Assembly: GCA_040769645.1 (NCBI GenBank)
Contig: JAXGKP010000002.1
Coordinates: 10,754 to 74,753 of the forward strand
Length of the DNA stretch: 64,000 bases
Direction: 5' to 3'
From: Anaerolineaceae bacterium
GTDB lineage: Bacteria > Chloroflexota > Anaerolineae > Anaerolineales > Anaerolineaceae
The notes beneath the pieces are model-generated. The model was not told the origin of the DNA, did no database searches, and saw only the letters and a program-made list of their open reading frames with translations. A program made the translations under genes and the position numbers. The stretch's first letter is position 1; each line of letters begins with the position of its first letter. This document shows positions 1 through 8,420 of the stretch, piece after piece.

Positions 1-774
1 ATAAGTCCCTTCAATATCTGTGTAGACCACCCCGGTTTGCTGATTTGTAAATGTATTTGCTTCCCGGTCGTAGACGAATAATGGCAGAAGTTCAGCCGCT
101 TCGGAAGGGCTGCGAACCTGGATTGTTTTTTCAGGGTTCCCAAACTTGATATTGGTCAGGTTTTTGTCAGTCGCCGCGGTGATGCGGTTGAGGCGGACGT
201 AGCCTTCAATGGTTTTTGGTACGCCGTCTTCATCCAGCTCACCAATGCCATTTTGCCCTGGTATCACTTCGAGGGTGTGATCTTCCGCGTTCGCATCCAC
301 CATACGCACAATGCTGGTGTGGCCTTCGGTATCTTTCAGCCAGAGCAGATAGGTATTTTCGGGAGAACGGAAAGCGACCCATTTATAGGCTTTTCCGGTT
401 TCAGGCAGGTAGGTTTGTGACTCAATCTGATTGATGGCTTGCGTTTGCGTAATCAGGTGGGCGTCGCCGTAGTTGGTGAAAGCGTTGTATATAGTATAGA
501 GAATCGGAAAGATGGAAAATAAAAGCCAGGCAGCCAACCCGACCGCCATCCAGCGGAACATATGGGCTTTTGGAATGAGGAACGAGAAGCTGATAAGCGC
601 GATAATCAAAATGAAAACAATCGCGAGCGGGATGTACCCCAGATTAATTAATCGATACGTGAAATATCCAAGGAGCGCATCAACGATGAGGACGATTATG
701 GTGGTGATAAACGAGGAAACTTCCAGAATCGTCCGCTTTGCAAACTGAGCTTTCGTGATAGTTGTTTCACCCAT
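1..774 (-). CDS. maltose/maltodextrin-type ABC transporter permease, MalF-like (N-terminal part only; gene runs off the left edge)
   Basis: Absent from the ORF track because no stop lies in the window. Reverse-strand ATG at 772-774 is preceded by AAAGGAG. My translation is MGETTITKAQFAKRTILEVSSFITTIIVLIVDALLGYFTYRLINLGYIPLAIVFILIIALISF...FSIFPILYTIYNAFTNYGDAHL, followed by a long hydrophilic loop, which is the MalF-type layout. It lies directly downstream of the MalE-like gene. Confidence 0.75.
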   Translation of the reverse strand, partial: MGETTITKAQFAKRTILEVSSFITTIIVLIVDALLGYFTYRLINLGYIPLAIVFILIIALISFSFLIPKAHMFRWMAVGLAAWLLFSIFPILYTIYNAFTNYGDAHLITQTQAINQIESQTYLPETGKAYKWVAFRSPENTYLLWLKDTEGHTSIVRMVDANAEDHTLEVIPGQNGIGELDEDGVPKTIEGYVRLNRITAATDKNLTNIKFGNPEKTIQVRSPSEAAELLPLFVYDREANTFTNQQTGVVYTDIEGTY

Positions 775-862
775 TACCTGTCACTCCTTTCTGTTTCCAA
801 GCACACTTTGTGTCGCGAAGCATACGTTGCACCCCGAAACACGCCTGGTATTAAATTGTTTG

Positions 863-890
863 GAGGAGACCAGGCATGCCTGGTCTCCTC
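863..890 (-). promoter_or_regulatory. intercistronic stem-loop between binding-protein and permease genes
   Basis: GAGGAGACCAGGCA|TGCCTGGTCTCCTC forms perfect 14-nt inverted arms. No T-run follows it on the minus strand, so it looks more like an mRNA-stabilising or attenuating hairpin than a full terminator. Confidence 0.5.
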
Positions 891-908
891 ATTAACTAAG
901 TAACTGAC

Positions 909-2447
909 TTATGGAACGATGATCTGGAGAGTTGTGGTCTCGGGATCAAAGATGAAGGTCACGTTGCCATCAGCGGCAACCGTGAACTTGTAATTGCCTT
1001 CGCCATCGCCGTAGGAAACAGCCCAGCCGCCGTCAAGGGCAACTTTGCATTCGTATTCGCCAGCGGGGATCAGGAAGGTGCCGGTGTATTTGCCGTCTTC
1101 GCCCTTCACCAGAGCGGTCTGAGCGCAGTAAGGCATCCAATCGGAGGCGCAGCCGACTTTGGTCTGGTAAGAACCAGGCACGTTGACCATGCCCTTGGAG
1201 GCAATCGCAATCTTGATGTTGTTGGCGGCATCGGTGTAAGCCTGTTCGGGGGTCTTATCGCCGTTGAAGATAAAGGTCAGGGCATTGCCCCAGTCAGACC
1301 AGACAGCGCCCATTTCGGGGATAGCGGGCATAGGCAGAGCGCCTTCGCCGGCTTCCGCAATCGCCTTCAGATCCGGGTCGTCCACTTTCTCGAGGGCGGG
1401 GATATAGGCGGGGCCGCGGGGGTCAGCTTCGTAGAGCTTGAGCATTGCGTCTTCGGTCGCGACGAATTCAGTCAGGAAGGTCTGCGCAAGCAGGATATTC
1501 TCGCTGAAGGCATTCACAACAAAGCCCTGGACGCCGAGGAAGGGGGTGCCGCCATCCGGGAACTTGGTGATGGCAAAGGGAGTACCAGCTTTGCGCAGGT
1601 TTTTAATTTCCCAGGGGCCATTCATGAAGAACGCCACGTTGCCGTCTTTGAACATGGATTTCGCGGTGGTGTTGTCAGTGTTGCTGGAAAGCGTACCGTC
1701 TTTGACCCAATCCAACGCCATTTGGCCGAACTTGATCATGCCTTCACCGCCGACGCCGATGTCTGCCGGGTTGTAATCGCCATTGGCATCCACACCAAAG
1801 ATATAGCCGCCCTGAGAGGTCATCCAGGGATAGGCGTCATAGGAGGTGCCGGCCAAAACAATGCCGTATTCCACTTTACCGTCAGCAATCAACTGCTGGC
1901 TGATATCGTGAACTTCCTGCCAGGTGGTGGGAGGCGTTGGGACGAGCTCGGTGTTGTAGAAGAAACCGAGGTTTTCCTGGGCATAGGGCATTCCGTAGAG
2001 CTTACCTCCGTAGGTAAAAGCTTTAATGGAGGACTCGACGAAATCGGATTTCTTTTCACCAAGGTCGATTTCGGCGGCCAGACCAGAGGCAACCAAAGCG
2101 GGCACCTGATCATGGGGAATCACGATAATATCGGGACCTTCGCCAGCGGGAGCGGCAACGGTGAATTGATCGCGAATACCGGAGATATTCTCAACGACCA
2201 CATCCACGTTGTACTCAGCCTTGAACTTCGCGCCCAATTCAGCAAGAACGGGAGCGCGCTGTTCGTCCGCCCAGATGCGCAGAGTGCCAGCGACGGCTTC
2301 GGTCGGAGCCTCAGTCGGGGCTTCGGTTACTACAGGAGCCTCAGTCGGGGCTTCAGTAACGACCGGGACTTCTGCTGCTTTGGCGCAAGCGCCAAGCACC
2401 ATACTTGCAATCAAAAAGATTGCGACGAGCATAATACTTTTCTTCAT
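909..2447 (-). CDS. maltodextrin-binding lipoprotein (MalE-like family-1 SBP) with an extra C-terminal glucan-binding-like beta-sandwich domain
   Basis: From ORF 909..2507. The likely start is MKKSIMLVAIFLIASMVLGAC at 2447 (AAGGAG upstream, lipobox LGAC). It has a VVTEAPTEAP repeat linker and a MalE-like core (RIWADEQRAPVL, NGPWEIKNLRKAG, GVQGFVVNAFS). About 95 further residues follow (GSYQTKVGCASDWMPYCAQT...AGEYECKVALDGGWAVSYG), resembling modules seen at the N-termini of pullulanases. Confidence 0.85.
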   Translation of the reverse strand: MKKSIMLVAIFLIASMVLGACAKAAEVPVVTEAPTEAPVVTEAPTEAPTEAVAGTLRIWADEQRAPVLAELGAKFKAEYNVDVVVENISGIRDQFTVAAPAGEGPDIIVIPHDQVPALVASGLAAEIDLGEKKSDFVESSIKAFTYGGKLYGMPYAQENLGFFYNTELVPTPPTTWQEVHDISQQLIADGKVEYGIVLAGTSYDAYPWMTSQGGYIFGVDANGDYNPADIGVGGEGMIKFGQMALDWVKDGTLSSNTDNTTAKSMFKDGNVAFFMNGPWEIKNLRKAGTPFAITKFPDGGTPFLGVQGFVVNAFSENILLAQTFLTEFVATEDAMLKLYEADPRGPAYIPALEKVDDPDLKAIAEAGEGALPMPAIPEMGAVWSDWGNALTFIFNGDKTPEQAYTDAANNIKIAIASKGMVNVPGSYQTKVGCASDWMPYCAQTALVKGEDGKYTGTFLIPAGEYECKVALDGGWAVSYGDGEGNYKFTVAADGNVTFIFDPETTTLQIIVP

Positions 2448-2514
2448 TAGTTTCTCCTTTGAAACACTCGAATGATTTGGCTGTATTTGCCATTGTTTTA
2501 CGGACATCCTGACC

Positions 2515-3036
2515 TCAATTGATGAACGTTGAAATGGGCCGCGCGTTTCCCAGGTGCTGCGCGGCTTTCTGGCTCACTGTATTTTTGGGGGCCAGGGTGT
2601 TTTCGATGTGACTGCTTACGGCGGTGTAACGGTTCAGCTCTTCTTCGCTAAAAAGTGACATCAGGTGGTCTACGAGTGCCAGATACTCCGGATAGACCCG
2701 TTCAAAAAGCATGCAGCCGGATTCGGTTAACGAAAGTTGGAAGCTTCGGCGGTCTTCCGGGTGCGCCTTACGCAATACCAGCCCATCTTTTTGCATTCCC
2801 TGAACGACGCGCGTGGTGTTGGACTTGGTGCACAGCATCAGATCACTCAGATCCATGTAAGTAATTCCGGGGTGATTTTGGATATGTAACAAGGCATAGA
2901 AACGGGGAATCGAAAGGTTGTACTGACTGAGAAAGGCTTTCTCATGGTTATCAATATGAAGAAAAATAGCCTTCAAAGATTCGTAAAAAGTCATGCCTTC
3001 CGGTACCATTTTCCAACAGACTAAGCGCTGCAGCAA
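2515..3036 (-). CDS. MarR-family transcriptional regulator
   Basis: Winged-helix region RFYALLHIQNHPGITYMDLSDLMLCTKSNTTRVVQGMQKDGLVLRKAHPEDRRSFQLSLTESG. It sits upstream of and on the same strand as the MalE-like gene. The start codon is uncertain (M1, M10 or M15). Confidence 0.8.
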   Translation of the reverse strand: MLQRLVCWKMVPEGMTFYESLKAIFLHIDNHEKAFLSQYNLSIPRFYALLHIQNHPGITYMDLSDLMLCTKSNTTRVVQGMQKDGLVLRKAHPEDRRSFQLSLTESGCMLFERVYPEYLALVDHLMSLFSEEELNRYTAVSSHIENTLAPKNTVSQKAAQHLGNARPISTFIN

Positions 3037-3280
3037 TTAGTTAACATATCAACCATTTTAGTATTAAAGTGATTTTTGTCAAGAATTAATCCAAGCTTAA
3101 CATTGTCATGCGTTGCACTTTAAGGAAACAGCAATACGGCTGGTCGGGTACATCTCCGCCGGCATTCACACCGACCGTGAACGGCGCTCTGCCGCCGCAG
3201 TGATGCTGATAGTTTTTATGCGGACTGCAAATGCCGGGGGTCTTCTTGACGTTTTACTGTCTGAATGTTAACCTTAGCCC

Positions 3281-4072
3281 ATGACAACAATATCCCTCAC
3301 AACTGACTTCGGAAACCTGAATGGTTTTGTCGGCACCCTGAAAGGGGTGATTTGGAACATCGCGCCAGGCGCGCAGATTGCCGATATTACCCACGATATC
3401 CCCGCCCAGGATGTTCGCCAGGGCGCGATCGCCCTCTGGCGGGCCGCGCCTTTCTTCCCGCCCGGCTCGGTACACATTGCCGTCGTTGACCCTGGCGTGG
3501 GTACTGACCGCCGCCCGATTGGGGCGCGCTTTGGAAACCAATTTTTCATCGCGCCGGATAACGGTTTGCTGACCCCGATGTTGGAGGATGCCGAGGCTGC
3601 CGGGGAATCCGTGCAAATTATCTGCTTGGATCAATCCCGATTTTGGCTCCCCAGCGTAAGCCGCACCTTCCACGGGCGGGATATCTTTGCACCTTGCGGG
3701 GCGCATCTTGCAAATGGTGTCCCATTATCCGAACTGGGCACGCCTGTAACCGAAATCGTACGCAAACCCCTGCCAAAACCCGAACAAACAGAACTGGGCT
3801 TTCGCGCTCATATCCTCCTGGCAGACGTGTTCGGCAATCTCACCACGGACCTGCCCGCCAGCTGGGTCAGAGACTACGAAAAGGTCACTTTCACGCTGCA
3901 CGGCAAAACAATTGAGGGTCTGACGCTCTCTTATGGACATAAGCAAATTGGCGACCTGGTTGCCCTGGAAGACAGCGAAGGTTATATTGAAATCGCGGTG
4001 GTTAATGGCAGCGCGAAAAACTTTCTTTCCGCCCAAATTGATGACGTGGTTGAGGTCTGCCTGAATGCCTGA
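3281..4072 (+). CDS. SAM hydrolase / SAM-dependent chlorinase-fluorinase family protein (DUF62, S-adenosyl-L-methionine hydroxide adenosyltransferase)
   Basis: N-terminus ISLTTDFGNLNGFVGTLKGVIWNIAPGAQIADITHDIPAQDV...IAVVDPGVGTDRRPI is typical of the DUF62 family. The last 8 nt overlap the ECF ATPase gene. Confidence 0.8.
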   Translation: MTTISLTTDFGNLNGFVGTLKGVIWNIAPGAQIADITHDIPAQDVRQGAIALWRAAPFFPPGSVHIAVVDPGVGTDRRPIGARFGNQFFIAPDNGLLTPMLEDAEAAGESVQIICLDQSRFWLPSVSRTFHGRDIFAPCGAHLANGVPLSELGTPVTEIVRKPLPKPEQTELGFRAHILLADVFGNLTTDLPASWVRDYEKVTFTLHGKTIEGLTLSYGHKQIGDLVALEDSEGYIEIAVVNGSAKNFLSAQIDDVVEVCLNA

Positions 4073-5687
4073 GCAAGACGCCCTGCCCCTCGTTATTCGG
4101 GACCTGTCCTTTCGCTACAACTCTCGCAGCGCGCCAGCCATTAAAAATATAAACCTGGAGCTGTACCCAGGGGAAGTGCTGCTGTTGGCGGGCTCGAGCG
4201 GCTGTGGGAAAACCACCCTGATGCGCTGCATCAACGGGCTCATTCCGGAAGCTTATCACGGCGAAATGACAGGCGACATCCTGCTTTACGGCGAAAGCGT
4301 GCGCGGGAAAAAACTCTCGGATATCTCTCAGCATGTCGGCACGCTGCTGCAAGACCCTGAGCGACAAATCCTGGGCACTTACGTGCTCAATGAAGTTTGT
4401 TTCGGGCTGGAGTGTCTGGGTTTGGAACGTTCGGAGATGATTCGCCGCGGAGAGGAAGCCCTGCGGCGGTTGAATATCCTGCACCTGCGCGATAAAGAAA
4501 CCTTCGGTACATCCGGTGGGGAAAAGCAAAAGGTGGCGCTGGCTGGCGTGCTGGCCATGCAGCCGAAAATCCTGCTTCTGGATGAACCGCTCGCGAGCCT
4601 GGACCCCGCCTCCGCGCGCGAAGCGCTGCTGGCTTTCAGGCAGCTGGCGGATGAAGGTCTGGCAGTCATGATCGTGGAACACCGCGTCGAGGATGTGCTC
4701 GCGATTCATCCCGAACGCGTTATCTATATGGAAGATGGCGAGATAACCTACCAGGGCAGTCCCGCCGGGCTAAGTCAGGTGGTGGATTATCACAAGATAA
4801 AACTGCCCGCTGAGGATATCCTCGCGCGGGCAAAAAAAGAGCCCGAAGCTGATTTTGTGCCGGCGGTGCCAAAACTGGATTACTCCAAACCCCTGCTTCA
4901 ATTCAATGAGGTCGGCTTTCACTATCATGAAGATTTGCCCGAGGTATTGCACGGGATTAATCTGAATATCTATACCGGCGAGGTAATCGCAATCCTGGGG
5001 CACAACGGCTCCGGGAAAACCACGCTCGTCAAACACGCGCTCGGTTTGCTCAAACCCACCCGCGGCAGCGTGCTGCTGGAGGGTATGAATTCCAAATCAA
5101 CAACAGTGGCCAAAGCCGCCCGCACTGTAGGTTACGTCTTCCAAAGCCCGACGCAGATGCTTTTTGCCGCAACTGTCGAAGACGAACTTTCTTTTGGACC
5201 GCAAAACCTGGGCTTTTCAAAAGAAACCATCGCGGAAAATGTGCGTTGGGCAATTCAATCTGTGCACCTCGAGGAAGAGCTGGGCACCCCACCGCTGGCG
5301 CTTTCTTTTGGTCAGCAAAAGCGGGTCAGCATCGCTTCCGTGCTTTCCATGCGCTCACGCATCCTGATGATGGACGAGCCCACCGCCGGGCAGGATTACT
5401 GGAACTACCAATCCTTTATGGACACTATCCTGCAAATGCCGGGCTTTGATTCAATTATTTTTATCACGCATGACCTGGACCTGGCGCTGACTTACGCGAA
5501 CCGCATCATTGTGCTCTTTGACGGCGAAATCGTGGCGGACGGCGCCCCGCAGGACGTGCTCCAGGATACCGACCGGCTGCTTCAATGGAGGCTGCTGCCA
5601 ACCAGCCTTCTCGAATTGAACTTCCGGATGCTCCCCCGGACGGGGAAGTTTCAGCGCGCTGAAGCGTTGGCGCGTTATGTCGGATAG
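4065..5687 (+). CDS. ECF transporter ATPase, fused EcfA-EcfA' (duplicated ABC ATPase)
   Basis: 540 aa with two Walker A motifs (GSSGCGKTT, GHNGSGKTT), two signature motifs (SGGEKQKV, SFGQQKRV) and two Walker B motifs (LLLDEP, LMMDEP). Confidence 0.9.
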   Translation: MPEQDALPLVIRDLSFRYNSRSAPAIKNINLELYPGEVLLLAGSSGCGKTTLMRCINGLIPEAYHGEMTGDILLYGESVRGKKLSDISQHVGTLLQDPERQILGTYVLNEVCFGLECLGLERSEMIRRGEEALRRLNILHLRDKETFGTSGGEKQKVALAGVLAMQPKILLLDEPLASLDPASAREALLAFRQLADEGLAVMIVEHRVEDVLAIHPERVIYMEDGEITYQGSPAGLSQVVDYHKIKLPAEDILARAKKEPEADFVPAVPKLDYSKPLLQFNEVGFHYHEDLPEVLHGINLNIYTGEVIAILGHNGSGKTTLVKHALGLLKPTRGSVLLEGMNSKSTTVAKAARTVGYVFQSPTQMLFAATVEDELSFGPQNLGFSKETIAENVRWAIQSVHLEEELGTPPLALSFGQQKRVSIASVLSMRSRILMMDEPTAGQDYWNYQSFMDTILQMPGFDSIIFITHDLDLALTYANRIIVLFDGEIVADGAPQDVLQDTDRLLQWRLLPTSLLELNFRMLPRTGKFQRAEALARYVG

Positions 5688-5891
5688 GGCTTGTTCTTTC
5701 AAAGTTCGGCGTTTGGTCTGCGGAGAAAGCAGAATTTTTGGCTGCTCAAAGCAATGCACTAAAATAACTGTGTTCATTTTCGGGTCAGTCAAAATGTTCA
5801 TTGAACAAGGTATAAGCCGCAGAGACCCGCAGCTGTTTATCGGGTAGAATTGCACTGTATTATTCGTGATTACTGATTCAGGAGGTTTTGT

Positions 5892-6446
5892 ATGCAAGAA
5901 AAGAAGTCTTTATGGAAATTTGGTACGAAGCAAGTTGTGTTTGCCGCCATTGGCGCGGCTTTGTATGCTGTCCTGGCATATGCCACCAACATGTTCCAGC
6001 TGCCCGGCGCTGGTAATGTGTCATTCAGACCTGCTGTCGTCATTCCGATGTTCTTCGGCATCGCGTTTGGACCGATTGTCGGTTTCATCGCCGGATTTGT
6101 TGGCAACATCCTGGCAGACCTGCTCTCCGGTTACGGCTTTTGGTTTTGGTGGGATCTGGGCAACGGTCTCCTCGGCCTGGTGCCGGGGCTTATCTATCCC
6201 CTCATTGAAAACTACAAAGCCGGCAAGTCTATCCTGCTCGCCGAACTTTTTGTAGTACTCGGTTCCGCGATTGGCATGGGCGTGGCATCTTTATCCGAAA
6301 TGTGGGTCTCCGGCGCGGATTTGAACACGGTCATTTTCGCGAATTTCGTGCCAGCCCTCATCCCCGATGTGATCAATGGACTGGTACTGGTTCCGCTTCT
6401 GATGATTGCCTACGCTGCCATAACCCAGCGCAGCGGTCGCAGCTAA
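5892..6446 (+). CDS. ECF transporter substrate-specific (S) component, specificity unknown
   Basis: 184 aa, roughly six hydrophobic helices, Gly/Phe/Trp-rich (GFWFWWDLGNGLLGLVPG). AGGAGG RBS upstream. Sits between the ECF ATPase and T component. Confidence 0.75.
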   Translation: MQEKKSLWKFGTKQVVFAAIGAALYAVLAYATNMFQLPGAGNVSFRPAVVIPMFFGIAFGPIVGFIAGFVGNILADLLSGYGFWFWWDLGNGLLGLVPGLIYPLIENYKAGKSILLAELFVVLGSAIGMGVASLSEMWVSGADLNTVIFANFVPALIPDVINGLVLVPLLMIAYAAITQRSGRS

Positions 6447-6500
6447 CTTTTGCTTCCCGGGCAGGCGGCAGTGCCGCCTGCCCAGTGATACCACCTTCCC

Positions 6501-7373
6501 ATGCTCGTAAGCTGGCACTACAAATATCGCGGCAGCCCGATGGATCAGATTGATCCCCGGGCGCGTTGGATTTTCTCCTTCGCTTTTCTGGTGGCCGCAA
6601 CCTCCACCTGGAACAGCGCCATGCTGGCAGTTCTGTTTGTCATTGCCATCATCTGGTACAGCCTGGGGAAAACCACCTGGAAAGAAACGCGCCGCGGCTG
6701 GACTCTGGTCTTAATCATGCTTTTTACCATGATTGTGGTCAACACCATCATTACCGGCGGTGGTGCAGGCGGCGTGGTACCCGAAGGCGGAAAATTGGTT
6801 TGGCCCGAAGGCATCCGTTTGTTTGGCAAGCTGCTGAGACCTGGCCTGACCGTTGACCGGATTTGGTTTGCCCTTTGTCAGCTGATGCGCATCGGCGGTA
6901 TCTCAATGTTTTTTATTCTGATCCCCTATACGATGGATTCACGCTCCTACGGCGCCACCTTCAGCAAGCTGGGGCTGCCAGACAAACTGGCATACACCAT
7001 GGAACTGTCCATTCGTTTCATTCCCAGCCTGGCGCGCAGTTTCTCAATCACCCTGGATGCCCAGCGCGCCCGCGCTTTCGAACTGGATGACGTAAAGGGC
7101 GGAATTATCCGGAAAATTGGCCGGATCGCGCCGCTCATCATCCCTGTGACGATGAATGCTATCCTCTCCAGCGAAGACATCGCCAACGCCATGGATTTGC
7201 GCGGTTTTGGACAGCGCAAACGCACCTGGCTGTTCGAGTTGAAATACCATTGGTGGGATTACCTGGTCATCGCGTTTGGTTTTCTGATAGCTGCTGGAAG
7301 TCTGATTTTGGTTTATGTCTACAAACTCGGTTCGTTTTCTGTTCCCCTGTTCTTCTATCAACTCTTTCAATAG
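6501..7373 (+). CDS. ecfT: ECF transporter transmembrane (T) component, EcfT/CbiQ family
   Basis: Polytopic membrane protein with CbiQ-like motifs (DPRARWIFSFAFL, LDAQRARAFELD). The start may instead be MDQIDPR at 6540. Confidence 0.8.
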   Translation: MLVSWHYKYRGSPMDQIDPRARWIFSFAFLVAATSTWNSAMLAVLFVIAIIWYSLGKTTWKETRRGWTLVLIMLFTMIVVNTIITGGGAGGVVPEGGKLVWPEGIRLFGKLLRPGLTVDRIWFALCQLMRIGGISMFFILIPYTMDSRSYGATFSKLGLPDKLAYTMELSIRFIPSLARSFSITLDAQRARAFELDDVKGGIIRKIGRIAPLIIPVTMNAILSSEDIANAMDLRGFGQRKRTWLFELKYHWWDYLVIAFGFLIAAGSLILVYVYKLGSFSVPLFFYQLFQ

Positions 7374-7482
7374 GATTCGTTCTTCCCGGCGGGACGACCC
7401 GAAAACCCTGATAACAGGGAGTGATTAAAACGCTGCGGTAAATAACTCGAATTGAAATGGGTTATCTCAGGAGACCCGCGTG

Positions 7483-8340
7483 TCAGGCATCATCTGGCAG
7501 CGGGGACAGGGCCGTCTGTTCAAATTCCGTCAGGATTTCTCGCAAATAAACACGGGGAGAAAGGGTTTTATCGCGCGCCAAAGGGTTCAGGTCCATTGCG
7601 TACGCCACGGCGCGAGCGTTATCCACGGCGTTGGGTTCATCCATGGTGGCGTTGGCGGCGCGCCTGCCCGGAATCGCACGATCATAGCGTTTGCCGCTCT
7701 CGACCTGGGTGCCAAATACTTTCAAAAGTTCGCGCTGCAGCTCCAGGCGCTCAGAACAATCAAAAGCTATCCGAAAGCGCTCTGGCAGCCATTCCAAACC
7801 GCGCCAGACCTCGCAGCCGAAGACTCTTTCCGGGAGCATCGCTGCCGGCAGGCCGCGCAGCGCCTGAATAACGCGCCAGGCAGCCGCGGTATGAGTCGGG
7901 TGCGAATCTAACAGGCTGTGGGTATAAACCCAGCAGGGCCGCGCCATGATCAGCAGGCTGGCGAGGCTTTGCACGACCGCGTTTCTCTGGCGAATATCCT
8001 GGCTGGCATAATTCATGAAGACGAGCGCCCCATACCTGCCAATCCGGGCTGCGGTCTTTTGCTCTTCCTTACGCAAGGCGGCCAGCTGGTCGTCGCTCCA
8101 GGCGGCAAACTTACCCGCGCGCGGCGCGCCTCTGCCATCCGTGAGCACCACACCGCCAAAGACGCTGCCACCTTTGGCGTATCCTTTGAGGATGCCGTCT
8201 ATTGCCATGATTTCCAGGTCATCCGGGTGCGCGGCAATCCCCAGGTGCGTGATTGAAGCCAATAACTCCTGTTCAGCCGCCGCATCGGAGACAAGCTCCC
8301 CTGTTTCTGGCACATAAACTTCAAATATCGCTGCGCTCAT
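7483..8340 (-). CDS. PIG-L/LmbE-family N-acetylglucosaminyl deacetylase
   Basis: Motif THLGIAAHPDDLEIMAIDG (AHPDD zinc-binding signature of the PIG-L family). Confidence 0.75.
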   Translation of the reverse strand: MSAAIFEVYVPETGELVSDAAAEQELLASITHLGIAAHPDDLEIMAIDGILKGYAKGGSVFGGVVLTDGRGAPRAGKFAAWSDDQLAALRKEEQKTAARIGRYGALVFMNYASQDIRQRNAVVQSLASLLIMARPCWVYTHSLLDSHPTHTAAAWRVIQALRGLPAAMLPERVFGCEVWRGLEWLPERFRIAFDCSERLELQRELLKVFGTQVESGKRYDRAIPGRRAANATMDEPNAVDNARAVAYAMDLNPLARDKTLSPRVYLREILTEFEQTALSPLPDDA

Positions 8341-8371
8341 CCACCTTTTCTTCCGGTGTCAGGTGAGAAAA

Positions 8372-8405
8372 GCCAGGCGTGGGAAGATCGCACCCCGCGC
8401 CTGGC
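8372..8405 (-). terminator. rho-independent terminator after the PD40 lipoprotein gene
   Basis: GCCAGGCG...CGCCTGGC stem, followed on the minus strand by TTTTCTC. Confidence 0.55.
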
Positions 8406-8420
8406 ATTGGTAAGTTGTGG

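Noticed and set aside
2290-2370. Tandem DNA repeats (GGAGCCTCAGTCGGGGCTTC...) near the 5' end of the MalE-like gene
   Set aside because: They simply encode the VVTEAPTEAP linker between the lipid anchor and the folded domain. This is a common low-complexity tether, not a regulatory or CRISPR-like repeat.
1438-2475. Plus-strand ORFs (112, 242 and 88 aa) inside the MalE-like gene
   Set aside because: They are antisense to a well-supported binding-protein gene, have no RBS, and show no recognisable family. They are ORF-caller artefacts. The same applies to most other short ORFs nested antisense in ccmF, MOP, treS, amylosucrase and the STAND regulator.
5688-5891. Riboswitch (TPP, SAM, preQ1) in the gap before the ECF S-component gene
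   Set aside because: I could not find the conserved cores, for example CUGAGA/ACCUGA for TPP or the SAM-I four-way junction words. There is only a weak 5-bp hairpin with a T-run. This is left as an open question inside the ECF finding.
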